Below, piece after piece: positions 26,795 through 42,312 of a stretch of DNA of 64,000 nucleotides (its first letter is position 1; every line of letters starts with the position of its first letter). Source of the stretch: the human T2T-CHM13v2.0 reference genome, Homo sapiens; NCBI RefSeq assembly GCF_009914755.1, contig NC_060934.1; one strand, written 5' to 3'. Below the pieces are notes generated by a model. The model searched no databases. It was not told the DNA's origin and worked only from the letters and a program-made list of their open reading frames with translations. Position numbers and translations under genes: made by a program.

Positions 26795-28480
26795 TACCGA
26801 AATGATACCAAAAACAAACCCCCCACCACCAACAAAAACCAAAGCAGAACAAACCCATTTATAATAGCATCAAAAAGAATACTTAGGAATAAACTTAACC
26901 AAGGAGGTGGAAAACTTGTACAAAAAGTATAAAACATTGCTAAAAGAAATCAAAGGTACCAATAAATGGAAAGATACCCTATGTACATAGATTGGAAAAT
27001 TTAATACTGTTAAAATGTCAATACTACCCAAAACAATCTATAAATCTATGTAATCTTGATCAAAATCTCAGTGGCAATTTTGCAGAAATAGAAAAAGCTA
27101 TTCTAAAGTTCATGTGGAATCTCAAGGAACCCTGAATAGTCCAAACAATCTTGAAAAAGAAGAATAAAGTTGGAGGCCTCATACTTCCTAGTTTCGAAAT
27201 GTATTACAAAACAACAGTAATCAAGATGGTGTGCTATTGACATAAAGACAGACACATAGACAATTGGAACCAAATACAGAGTTCAGAAATTGACCATTGT
27301 GTGTATGGTCAAATGATTTTCAAAAAGAGTGCCAAGACTTCACCATGGGTAAAGGACAGTCTCTTCAACAAATGATGTTGGCAAAAGTGGATAACCATAT
27401 GCAAAAGAATACAGTTGGGTCCTAACTTCATATTATATACAAAAATCAATTCAACATTTTATAGTTTTAGTTATTACTCTTAGGGTCTAAAACTATAAAA
27501 CTCTTAGAAGGAAACATAGGAGGAAAGCTTCAATGCAGTGGATTAAGCAATGATATTGGATATGACACCAAATGCACAGGCAACAAAAACAAAAATAGAC
27601 AAATGGAACTACATCCAACTTAAAAACTTCACATCAAAGGAACAATTAACAGAACAAAATGGCAGCCTATGGGATGGGAGGAAATATTTGCAAATCATAT
27701 ATATGTAGTTAAATCCAGAATATATAAAGAACTTCTACAATTCTATAACAAAAAGATGACCTCATTAAAAAATGGGTGAAGGACATGAATAGAAGTTCTC
27801 CAAAGAAGATATACAAATGGCTAACAAGCACATGAAAATATCACATGATTCAACATCACTAATCATAAGGGGAAAATCAAAGAAGGTACCAATAAATGGA
27901 AAGACATCCTCTAAAAGATTCATCACTAATCATAAGAGAAAGAAAATAAAAAACATGAGCTATCACCTTATACCCATTTGGATGGCCAGTATCAAAGGAA
28001 TAGAAAGTAACCTGTACTGCTAAGGATATGGAGAAATTGGAACCCTTGTGTACTGTTGGAAGGAATGTAAAATGATGCAACTGCTATGAAAAACAGTATA
28101 GAGGTTCCTCAGAAAATTAAAAGTAGAATTACCTTATGATCTAGCACTCTCACTTCTGTATATATATCTGAAAGAATTCAAAGCAAGATCTGGAAGGGAC
28201 AATTTCTCACTTATGTTCATTGCAGCATTATTAACAATAGTCAGTAGGTAGAAGCAGCCCAAATGTCCATCAATGGATGAATGGATAAAGAAAATGTGGT
28301 ATGAAATGTTATGCAGCCTTAAAAAAGAAGGAAATCCCTGTCACATGCTACAGCATGAATGAACCTCTAGGCTTAATTAAATGAAATTAGCCAGTCACAA
28401 AAGGACAAATACTGTATGATTCCACTTGTAGGAAGTAACTAAAGTAGTCAAAATCATAGAAACAAAGTAAAAGTTGGTGA
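26795..28480 (+). mobile_element. Old L1 (L1MB-like) ORF2 3' part and 3'UTR
   Basis: ccatttataatagcatcaaaaagaatacttaggaataaacttaaccaaggagg... through tagccagtcacaaaaggacaaatactgtatgattccactt. Confidence 0.88.
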
Positions 28481-28939
28481 TGATGTAGAGTATGGGTTTT
28501 CTTTTGGGTTGTGGAGTGGAGGCCCATTGCTTCACTGGGTGAATGAGCAGCTTTTCTACCAGAGCCTGCTGTTTGTTCAACAGGCCTGTAAACATACCTC
28601 TGTGCTATGCTGAGTCCTGGTACTGTGATCCAGCATTGGGCACCCGGGACTAGTCTCTTCTTTTCCTGCCTCCTTCTTCCTGGGTATTCATAGGCATCTG
28701 CCTATTTACTTCCAAATTCCAAGGGAGAATTGGGCTCATAAATCTTCACAATACCCCAGATGCATTACAGTGTTACTCACTGGCATTGTTACCTTAATGC
28801 CTCTCTAATTATCTTGTGTGCCCAGACCATAGACACTTCTTAGGGAGGAAGAGCAAGAGCAGAAGAGGACAGCCACACCTGCATCACTCTTCTGTGTAAG
28901 TTCCATCTGGCACATCCTCTTTTCTCTTTGGGAGGGAAA

Positions 28940-29404
28940 AGTGGCTCGTTTTGCCCTTAGACCCATTCTTGCCCATACTCTGCTTTGCTGTCTATCACAG
29001 GGGCTGTCATCTGTGGGGGCAGTTCCCAAGCTCCTTGACCAGCCAGCTTCCTATTGGGTTTGACCAATGGGAGGCCCTGTCAGGAGACTGGAAGGTGGAG
29101 CAAGTGGTAAGCCAGGGTATCTGTCCCTGTCTTCTCTGCCTCTGGTAGCTTCTCTGGCATGGGCTGATCTCTGCTGTGGCTCCAACTCCTCCTATAGGAC
29201 ATGGCCTACCAGGGCTTAGTTTTAGTTGGTGACCCTCGTCCCAGTGTCCCCATTGTCTTTCAGTCTGAGAGTGGTAATGCCTTCTTATTCTTGCTTCTCC
29301 TGTGCTGTATATCCTTGCTGTAAATTCAATTCCCAGCATTGCATTTCTTCTTATGTAGATACTTGAAGCAGTTCCTATTTTCTCGGTTTGACCCTAACTG
29401 ATGC
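28940..29404 (+). mobile_element. LTR33-like ERVL solo LTR
   Basis: ccagcttcctattgggtttgaccaatgggaggccctgtcaggagactggaagg, ending gaccctaactgatgca. Confidence 0.65.
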
Positions 29405-29440
29405 AGTTCTGTAGGCCTTTAGAAAGCCCTAAGTAGTTCT

Positions 29441-29873
29441 ATGGAATCCACCCAAGTGTCCATCAATGATAGACTGGATAAAAAAAAAATTGTACATATA
29501 TACCATGAAATACTATAAAGCCATAAAAAGGAATGAGATCATGTCCTTTGAGGGGACATGGATGGAGCTGGAAGCCATTATCTTCAGCAAACTAACACAG
29601 GAACAGAAAGCCAAACACCGCATGTTCTCACTTCTAAGTGGGAGCCGAACAATGAGATCACATAGATACAGGGAGGGAAACAACATACACTGGTACCTTT
29701 CGGGGGTGAGGTTGCGGGAGGGAGAGCATTAGGAAAAATAGCTAAAGCATTCTGGGCTTAATAACTAGGTGATGGGTTGATAGGTGCAGCAAACCACCAT
29801 GGTACACGTTTACCTATGTAACAAACTTGCACATCCTGTACATGTACCCCAAAATTTAAAATAAAAATTTAAA
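29441..29873 (+). mobile_element. L1PA (approx. PA8-PA11) 5'-truncated 3' end
   Basis: MIDWIKK...WMELEAII ORF2 C-terminus and 3'UTR. Perfect 18-bp TSD aaagccctaagtagttct at 29423-29440 and 29874-29891. Confidence 0.92.
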
Positions 29874-30769
29874 AAAGCCCTAAGTAGTTCTGTTGAAAAA
29901 ACCATTTACTGAAGGAAAGCAAGATTGGAAACCAACAGTGTCAAATTTTTACACATGGTTCAGTATTAGTTATAGTATTAGTTAGTTGTCTGCTGGGTCT
30001 GTAGCCAAAGCTGAAAGCAATTGATGACAATGTGAAGGTAAACTGGTTCATGTTTGCTGAGTGTTTTTTTACTTGTGGTAGCATATAAATTGTGAAATGG
30101 GATGGAAATAAATGCTGGTATCTTAGACTTTATTTTAGATCATTATGATGATAAACATGGTGTTTTCATATTATAGAAACTTCTATCATCATAACTCAGC
30201 ATGGATAGTCTATCCAGTTTAATAAGACTGTATTTATTATATGAGCACCTTGATGGTCTGGCATCAGGCCAGACATAAACTAGAAAGAGAGCCCAGTATA
30301 AGCTGAAAAGCGGTCTCTCAATTGGGAATAAAAAGATTAAAAACTGCAGATTACATTTAGTCTGTAACCATTTTTTCATTTTATTTGAGATTTTTAAAAA
30401 GTATAGTAGGGCTATTGTGAAAATTGTAAATGATGGAGTCTTTTATTTTAGGAGTCTTTCATTCCTTTTTGGTGTATGCTGGAGGTGCCCCAACAAGCTG
30501 TCAAATCCACTATTAGCTTCAAGAGTTGGGCATTCCCACTCAAACTTAGTGTTAAAAACATTATTTTCTTTCTTCTCAGTTTTTAAGCTCCCAAGAATTA
30601 CTGGGTGGGTAAGAATCTAGTGTTTTTCTGTTGCTCATATAACACCATCTGGGTTTCCAAGAGGTACACTTTGGCCTGAGAGAATGGCTGTTGAGTGGTA
30701 TAGAAAACATCAAAGTCAAAACAGTAACATATTAAAAAATATTGGTTCATCTAATACACAGGGTTTGGG

Positions 30770-31020
30770 GGTTAGAAGCTAAGATCACTCGGTTCGGTTC
30801 CTGCCATCTTGGAGTTTATAATCTACTGGAAAATGCAGACAATCAGGATGGTAACTGTGAAGTTTCGGGGCCTTGGGAGCAGAGGAAAGGTTGTCTGGAC
30901 AGATCTGGAAGCTGAAACTTGAAAGACAAGAGGAATTCATTTGACAGGAGTTGAAACAGTAGTGTTCTGGGCAGAGGCTACCAGAGTATGCAGAGGTTTG
31001 AAGGCATGAACAATGAGAGA
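30770..31020 (-). mobile_element. L2 fragment
   Basis: ttcctgccatcttggagtttataatctactgg...agctgaaacttgaaagac...ttctgggcagagg, the antisense L2 pattern. Confidence 0.55.
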
Positions 31021-32612
31021 ACATATTGTCTCATGAGAAATGACACAGAAATATTTTAAAGTTGGGTCTTTCTAAAAGTAAAATAACAGCTTTAAAAAAA
31101 ATTGTTTTTTTAACCCCGCCTGGAAGAGGATCATTTTGGTGGTTGTTGTTGTTCAACATGATTGAATATGATTGGGTATTATTACTTGCTGATGGGACTT
31201 AATTTTCTCTTGTTTAAATGTGATCCATTATCTTGTGTCTAGAACATATTAAAATGACTTCAAAATGAGAAACAAGGGAACCTTGGTTACTTCAGCACAA
31301 ACATCCTTGTTTATTGAGCTGACATGAAGGGTGCTGGGATATTTTAATATTACGATAATATAGATGCTTAAATCTCAGGGTTAAAGAACTAGATTAGTCC
31401 TCTGTGATGCTGGGCTACTCAGACCATAAAGGTAACTCGGTGTTTACTGTTATGTTTTTCTATTCTTATCCTGTTGTGTCTTGCCTCCTGGCTTCTCTCT
31501 TTTTCTTTTTTTCCTCTTCTTTCCTTCCAACTCAAAACTCATCAACTTGCAATACCCCTGATAAAACTCATTTATACTGCTTACCAAATTTTCTGGCTTC
31601 AGCCAGCTGTTCAGTTTTTTTTATTGTGGAAGGCCCCAAACTCTTCTCACTACTTGTTCTGAAGATAAATTAGCGACTTCTAAATAATGCAGTGAACCCT
31701 AATTCTCTTTGATTAGTAGCAAGTTAGATGATAGTGACCCATTGAAATTGGCCATCAGCATAAATAATGAGTGAATGAACTGATAAAATGCAAAGTCACT
31801 GGCCATCATAAATCAAATGAAATCCACTTTCTCTGGAAGTCACTGAAATTAGAAGTCCATGCTCCTATTAATTATTTTGCCTTCTGAAGACGACAGTGTT
31901 ATAAATCAGCCTTGAAAGGCCCTTCACTTAGAAAGCTGAAGGAGTACGGCTGCCTGCAAATTGCTTTGTGTACGCACCTAATTGTTTCTTAAGTAATTCA
32001 CCTTTGTAGCATTGCTTCAGGAAACGAAGAAGGTCCCTTCGGTTGAGATCCATGACTTGTAGCCTTAGGAATGGCCTTGAGAAGGCTCTCTGGAAGGTCC
32101 AAATTGGAGTGGGCAATTCCCCACCCCCTTCTCTAGAACAGATATCCTCATGTTCTTTGTCTTACAACTCAGACCCCATCAGGTGGGCTGGCATTTTTGG
32201 AGTGGTTTGCTATGGCAGGATCCAAAAAAAGGCTGGCAGTAGGCCCTGAGCCATTTCATCATCTTGTCTCAACTTAACTTCCAGCCAGGCCTAAGAAGCC
32301 AAGCTTCACTAGAATTCAGTGAAAACCAAGATTTTAAAAGTTGAGAAAAAACAGAGATTGAAAACTCTGACTTCTGAGGTTCATTGTAAAGAGTTGTTGT
32401 AATCTGCATATATTAGGTATGAAGTGACACATAATTTTTGGTAAAAGGTGGGTGGGAAATTATATTCATTTAGGAGCCTATTTTGCAACAGATATTTTAA
32501 AAAACAACACTTTTTGGAAAAGAGGTTAATTGGATGGTAGGAAATGTTGTAAATTAGTTTCATTTAGGACCATTACCTGTCATTTAAAGTTCTGAATTTG
32601 AGACTGCTGATT

Positions 32613-32660
32613 AAAAAAAAGCAAAACAACAACAACAACAAAAAAAAAACAACAAAAAAA
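32613..32660. repeat. A-rich (CAA)n simple repeat
   Basis: aaaaaaaagcaaaacaacaacaacaacaaaaaaaaaacaacaaaaaaa. Confidence 0.85.
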
Positions 32661-32933
32661 TAGTAATCTCTTGGGTGTGGTCTCAAAAATTTGGTCCAGC
32701 TTTGAGATGTGATCCTGGATTGTTAGCAAATCTATTCAGAGCTGACAAGGAAATTCTCTGTTGCCTATTGAGTGTGGGTGACTTTTGCTGGCCTCTGTAG
32801 AGAGATGGATGGGCAGGCTTGTGGAGGTGAAGACAGACATCAGTAGGCGGTAGCTCCTGAGACTTCCAGCTGCTAGTTAAGTATATGATGAGTGTTCAAA
32901 ACTAGCTTTAGTATAGGCTCCATAGATGGGGGT

Positions 32934-33293
32934 TGTATTAGTCCGTTCTCATGCTGCTCATGCTAAGTAATTTATAAAGGAAAGAGGATTAATTAACTCA
33001 CAGTTCTACATAGCTGGAGAGACCTCAGGAAACTTACAATCATGTCAAAAGGGGAACCAAACACATTCTTCTTTATGTGGCATCAAGAGAGAGAAATGCT
33101 GAGCAAAGGGGGAAAAGCCCCTTATAAAACCATCAGATCTCATGAGAACTTAGTCACTGTCATGAAAATAGCATGAGGGAAACTGCCCTCATGATTCGAT
33201 TACCTCCTACTGGGTCCCTCCCACGACACATGGGGATTATGGGAACTACAGTACAAGCTGAGATTTGGATGGGGACACAGCCAAACCATATCA
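32934..33293 (-). mobile_element. THE1C-like MaLR solo LTR
   Basis: tgtattagtccgttctc...gagcaaagggggaaaagccccttataaaaccatcagatctc...ggggacacagccaaaccatatca. Confidence 0.88.
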
Positions 33294-33534
33294 GAAGTGG
33301 AATGAAGATAGGGTTTTTAAGGAAAACTCATTCTTACTTTTCTCATTTTCTAAACTTCCTATCATCTGCTGCAGGCCTGCCCAATTCCCCTAGTGGCCAG
33401 TACAGTAAATGTACATCCTGGCCTTGGAAAATGAAAATGATCTCCTGGATTGTAAGAAGCACATTCTCTTACTTCTTTGTGTTGTGATAATCAGAGTGTC
33501 CTGGCATGTTCTAAAGCATCCACCTAAAGAAGAG

Positions 33535-33536
<2 letters not shown>

Positions 33537-33567
<31 letters not shown>
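33537..33567. repeat. (TG)n microsatellite
   Basis: Directly visible run. Confidence 0.95.
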
Positions 33568-33568
<1 letters not shown>

Positions 33569-34424
33569 TCACATGCACACACAGTCATCTGCACAGCTGA
33601 AAGAACAATCTGCTTTCAAGTGAGTGGTGCAAATTCTCATGTGTGAGTGTGTTCTGGTGTTGGGGTTAGTTGCTGCTAAATCATTTGTGCATCTGAATAA
33701 CCCATTCTCAAAACTAAACTTAATGATGTATAATTGAGCATTATGTCATGAAGTAGAAAGGAGCAATTGTTCCCTGAGATATTGAATACCAAATGCAAAG
33801 ATGTTCTGGGCTGTGTCCTTGAAACCAGCCGACTCTGTGATTTCACAGTGATTCCATGAGGCATTCTACACCTTCAGGATGAGAGGACATCTTAATCCTC
33901 TGGACATCCCCAGAACTGCCTATCCCAGCTACTGGGCCTCCCCAACTCTTATTAGATTCCTACCCATAGTAGTAGAATTCTGCTTGTTGTTGGAGAAGGT
34001 TGGTGGAAGAAAATGCAGCTAATGGTCTTTCTGCCTTGCTTCTGGAAGTCCAGGAGGGCCCTGCCAGTGGTCTGTGCTGCAGGACAGAGTGAGGCATCTG
34101 TGGGCATTCCTTGCCTGGCAGCTGATATTGTGTGTCTCTGTTGGTCCTCATTCATCTAGCTTGCGTTTTAGAGTTGTGGTTATGTAATGGGGGCGTGTAA
34201 TAAAGATTTGTTGATTGTTGGACATGCTGTGGGAGTGCAGGAGGAGCTCATGCGAATGAGTGGCTCTAGTATTTTTGGATTTGTTTCTGAGGTTTGTACA
34301 GGATAGGCAAAGTCTCGACCATCTATAAGACTGTCCTCCTGGCATGCGTCATTTATTGCTCAAGGTTTCTGGATTTTAGAACATCCTTCTTTGCTTGGGT
34401 GATATTCCCCTGTGTGGTATATAA

Positions 34425-34555
34425 TCAAGTAACCATATGTCCTGGTTTCCCTGGGATAGTCTCAATTTATGCCTATTTTTCTAGTATGATTATTAATATT
34501 GGCCACCCCCCATGCCTTTTACTCTCAAAATATCCAGATTTGGATGGCCACTTTC
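34425..34555. mobile_element. MER94-like hAT-Blackjack fossil
   Basis: gtaaccatatgtcctggtttccctgggatagtctc...attattaatatt...actctcaaaa. Confidence 0.6.
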
Positions 34556-34654
34556 TATATAATACTGAAAAGGAATGTTTATATTTGTTGTCCTAGTACC
34601 ATAGAAACAGTGGCATATTGAAATAATCAAGGCTTTGGAAAAATGACCAATTTA

Positions 34655-37149
<2,495 letters not shown>

Positions 37150-37164
37150 TGAGCGATTTAAACT

Positions 37165-37335
37165 TACTCCCTGGCATGTGACCTCTGGCAAGTTAGCTTC
37201 TCTGAGCCTCTGTTTCTTTATCCAATAAATGGGGATCGATCATTGCACATCCCTCACAGATTTGTGCTGAGGATTAAATAACAGGGAAAAGTCCCAGCAG
37301 ATTGTTGGGCACATAGGTAGGTAGAGGATAAACAT
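37165..37335 (+). mobile_element. MIR SINE
   Basis: tgtgacctctggcaagttagcttctctgagcctctgtttc...tgtgctgaggattaaat. Confidence 0.75.
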
Positions 37336-38929
37336 TTGTTCTTTTCCTCAGAATATGCCAAGAAACTTGGCGGGTTGGGGGCCAGAGGCTTTGGCATGTT
37401 TCCGAACTTCCCTTCAAGTTGATGCAGGCAGTTCAGTCAGCATCAGGTGTCACAAAAAGAGAGAGAAAAATCATCCTCTCACCACCTGGTGTGGGTGAGA
37501 GAAGGTCCTCTTTGAGGGAAAACCTCTCCCCCTAAGGCTCTTGGAATGCCCCATGTAAAGAGATGCAAAAAGATATCCCCAGAAGAGTGAGAAGCTGAAT
37601 TTGCTGTTTGCTCAAACAAAGGATTGATTCAGCATTTCTAGCAAAAGGAGCAGGAGGCTTGCCAGAGGGCCAATAAATAACTTTGCCTTTCACATGTAAT
37701 ATAATGGTGAAAGTAATCTATTGGTTTGGGAGCCTCTATCTCTTCATCTGCGAAATGGGGATAGAGATCATAGAATTAAAGGAGGCCATAAAGATAAAGC
37801 AGTGTTGCAAACTGTAGATGCAGGGCAAATCATGTTTTTCTTGTTTATACAGAAGTAAAGCACCAAATGAGCTGAACACTATCCTGGGGTAAAATGACCA
37901 CATGAAGCAATACACATAAGATGCACAGGTCTTTCAGACGATCTTCATTCATACGCTTGCTGTCTTTCGCTAATGCTGCAGGAGGGCACACACAGTTCTG
38001 TTTTACTGGCCCTACAGGGATTGCTGATTTTAAGCAAGTTGTGTAGTTTCATGGAGATTACTATTCCTGTTCACATTTTTAATTAGAAAGAGAAAAAGGA
38101 TTTATTTTTCTCAGGGCCTCCAGCCCAGATGGCTCAAAGTCTATGGAAGAAGGGTCCCGAGTGCAGGTGGCCAGGCCTGGTTGTCTGCTGTGATGCTGGC
38201 TTTATGTGACCTTTCTGGCTGCCTAGGTGGGGCACAGATTCTGAGGCCCCCCCGTACCAGCCCACCAGCAGTGCCCTGGCCCCTCTGTCTACTCAGTAGA
38301 AGCAGGTACCACATGGGGACCCTGTATCACCGCAGTAAGTGGCAGTATGCAGCTCATGCTAGGCCCGGTGAAAAGATGCTGATAGCTTGCAGGAGCCCTT
38401 GGAAGGACAAGCTAAAATATATCCATATGTGCTCATGTCTGCTCCTTCTGGTACCTGTCGCACCCTTCCCTTCCCCATCTTCTCTTCTTCCCCCTCTCCA
38501 CTAATTATCACAGTACAGCCTAACAATGCATAAGGCTCTCCACCCAAACTAGGTGGGACTCTGTGCTGCATTTATTTAGCTAATACTTCACATAGCACTT
38601 AATGTGTGCTGAGTAACAGCAGCATTCCCTTGACCAAGTCACATGCCATTGAGAGTGGGAGAGGCTGGGATTAGAGCTTAGCCAGCTGATGCCACAGTCC
38701 TTGCTCTACATTGTTTTTACTTCCCATCCCCCTCCTTTCTAATGGCTACCTTTCCATTCATCTGGTTTGCTTGTTGTTTGTTCTATAAATTTCTGAAAAT
38801 ACTATGAACTCTTAATTGGAGAATGCTTGAAGGGAAGGTTGCCCTGCCATGTCTTTTTATGCATTGAAAATTAAATTTTAACTACACAGGTATTCTCCAT
38901 ACTAACTGCTGAGGCTCAGTTCTTTTTGG

Positions 38930-39701
38930 CTGCTCCTCTACCCCTAATCTCTTCCCCAGAAGAGATAACCACATTAGGAATTTGCTACATTGACTTCTGC
39001 TTCTTCTGTGAATTTATATCCCTCTCTGCCACAGGCACGTTTATTTATGCATGCTAAAGAAAGTATAGTGCTGTATACATTCAGCAGCTTGCTGTTTACA
39101 CCCAAAGGTATGTCTTAGCTATCTTTTCATGTCAATACATGTAAATATACTTGCACTTTTTGACTTGTGTGCAATATTCCATAGTGTGGCTATGCCAAAG
39201 TTTATTTGATCCTTAGCTTTCTAATGGGCATTTTGGGTGTTGGTCATTTTTGGTGTCACATAAGTAATGAATGGCCTTATTATGGGCCTTTTGTGCATAT
39301 GTACAGGTGTTTCTCTTGAGTATGTTCTAAGAGATGGAATTGCTTAATCATAGGGTTTGCACATTTTAAATGGTACTGGATGCTGTAAGTTTGGCCCCTG
39401 TGGTGATTTTTATCAGTACTCACCCCTCCCAGTGATTTATGGAAAGTATTATTTGACCAGCTGCCCTGCCCACATTTGGTATTAGCATGCTTTCAAAATG
39501 TTTGCAGTCTCTTGGGTATGACATGGTACATCTCACTGCCATTTACAATTTTCATTTTCCTGCCAAATTTGAAAAATAATTTCACATATGTATTGTCTTT
39601 TTTGTTGTGAATTGCCCATGTATATTATTGGTTCATGTTTCTGTTGGCTTGCATGACTTTTAGTTATTGGTTTCTAGGACATCTTTATATATTCAGGGCA
39701 T

Positions 39702-39748
<47 letters not shown>

Positions 39749-40200
39749 TCTGGCCTCGATGCCTCATACATTGCAATTATTTTCTTCTAATTTGTTGCCA
39801 TTCAGCTTTATGGTACCCTTTTTATATATAGGTTTTAAATTTTGATGCTGTCAAATAAACAGGTCTTCTCTGTTATGCTATTTATGTCTAATTTAAGGCC
39901 TTCCTGACCTTTTGGCTGTAAACATATTCTCCTGTATTTCTTCTAAAACTTTGATTATTCTAATTTTACCTTTTAGGCCTTGATCCATTGAATTTTTTTC
40001 CCTTGGTGAATGGTTTTATGTTAACGTTGATGTTAAAATTAATATATTTTTCCCCAAATGGATACATTCGACCCAACACCATTTGTTTTTAGGTCATTTT
40101 GCTAAGTATTTTGAAATACTGTTTTTGTTACATATAAAATTTCTAATTATACAGAAAACCAGACTCTCTATTCTGTTCCGTTGATCTATTTGTCTATCTG
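38930..40200 (-). mobile_element. Ancient L1 (L1ME-like), with (CA)n at ~39700-39745
   Basis: aatattccatagtgtggctatgcc, agagatggaattgcttaatcatagggt, ctctattctgttccgttgatctatttgtctat are antisense L1M motifs. Confidence 0.7.
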
Positions 40201-40389
40201 TTTGCTATTAGAAGTATTAAAAATAGTGTCTAAACTGGCTAAGAGTATTTCACAAAATTTATGAGAGGAGCCCAAGAGGTCGCCTTGTGCAAGAGGTCAC
40301 CTTGCTCTTTGCTGGCTGTTGGCTTCAACTGAACAGTAATCTCTAGAGCCTGAGGACTATGCTCGATTCCTGTGTTCTTGGAAAGCTAG

Positions 40390-40714
<325 letters not shown>

Positions 40715-41807
40715 CATTATGATGTTTCTAACTCATGCTTTGAAGCCCAATGTTGCTTGTGTGATACATTTTATTACTAACAAACATTGGAACGCTTCTC
40801 ATAGGCTTTGAGGCATGTGAGTCAAAGTGATGGTGACAGGGTGTCCATCAGAAGATACAGGTTCTAATTTTAATTCTGCCCTAAGTTCTGTGGCCACAGA
40901 TTACTTACCCTGCCTGTTATACACTGGGGAAGAACTCGGATTGAGTAGACCTAGCATCCTGGCTTGCACCTGCCACTTATTGAACATGGGGTTTGGGGCA
41001 AGTATTTAATTTCTCTATCTCATCTGCTAATAAAGATATTATTGACCTCTCAGGATGGTTCTAAGAGATTTTTATAGAAATAAGGTTATAAGATAGCATT
41101 TTGTTAACTGTCAGGTACCCTGGAAACTGGAACTATATACTAATGTGTACAAGCTTCATTTTCATTTTGGTCCAATGACGATAATAAATCTTTGTCTCAC
41201 CTGCCTCAGATAGCTGTTCCAATCATCAAATGGGATGTGCTTTGATAAAATTGAAATGTCATACAAATTATTTATTGCTGATGAATACCAACAGGTGGAT
41301 TGGAATCAGCAAATATTAACCAAGCCCATGGGGTTATTACAGTGAAGCAGGGTCATATTAGCTGGGTATCCTCAGGGGAGAATTGTTGGAGCGTGATTTA
41401 TCCATTTATAGGGGTCCTTTTTACTCACTTGGGTGAAAAAAGGTGTAAAGTTGGTCCTTTGAAAGACTCAAATGGTCTGTTAAGTGTGAATAATGGGAGA
41501 ACAAGTGCTGTATGGAGTTCTTCTGTTACAAGAGTCAAGAGGCAGAGTGGGACTGGCTGCAGTATTCCTTGTGTTATCACTGGCTATGTCTAGAGTTTTT
41601 CAAATTAAAAAAGGAAGTTTTATTTTTTATTTGTTTATAAATTGTGAAATGCTTCTCTTTTTCTCTTTCCCTACTTACCTAAATGTAAGAACACTAGGTC
41701 ATTGAATATTAAAGTGAAAGACTAGAACAAGAAAAAAAAAGATAGTTTCTTGGGATTTACTATTATAATGGCAACAGTCTTTATCCCTCTAGAGGGAAGG
41801 TGCTAGT

Positions 41808-42263
41808 TATGGTGGATTCTTACTGTGGTGGCCCCCAATGAACCACACTTCCTAATAGTTCCCTTTTATATCTAGTTCCCTTTTATGGTGACTCTGGACT
41901 TGGCAAATGGGACATTAGCATGTGGGATGCAAGCACAATCTTAGTAAATGCTTGCACATTGGAGCTGGTCTTCTTGGAATGCTTGCTCTTAGAATCCACC
42001 TGCCAGGTAAAGAAGCTCTACCTAGCCAATGTGGAGAGAAAGAGCTCACAGCCTCCAGCTATCCCCACCAAGATTCTTGAGATATAAGTGAAGCCATCTT
42101 GGACGTTCCAATTCATGCCACTATCTGACAACAAATACATGAGGGGCCTCAAGTGAGACCAGTAGAAGAACTGAGCCCCTATCAACCTACAGAATTATGG
42201 GCAGGTAAAATAGTGGTTGTTTAAATCCACTACATTTGTTATATAGCAATAGATAATCAAAAC
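41808..42263 (+). mobile_element. MLT1G/H-like MaLR solo LTR
   Basis: gtggcccccaatgaaccac...gtgaagccatcttggacgttcc...ttgttatatagcaatagataatcaaaac. Confidence 0.72.
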
Positions 42264-42269
42264 CTTGGG

Positions 42270-42271
<2 letters not shown>

Positions 42272-42311
<40 letters not shown>
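42272..42311. repeat. (CA)n microsatellite
   Basis: Directly visible run. Confidence 0.95.
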
Positions 42312-42312
<1 letters not shown>

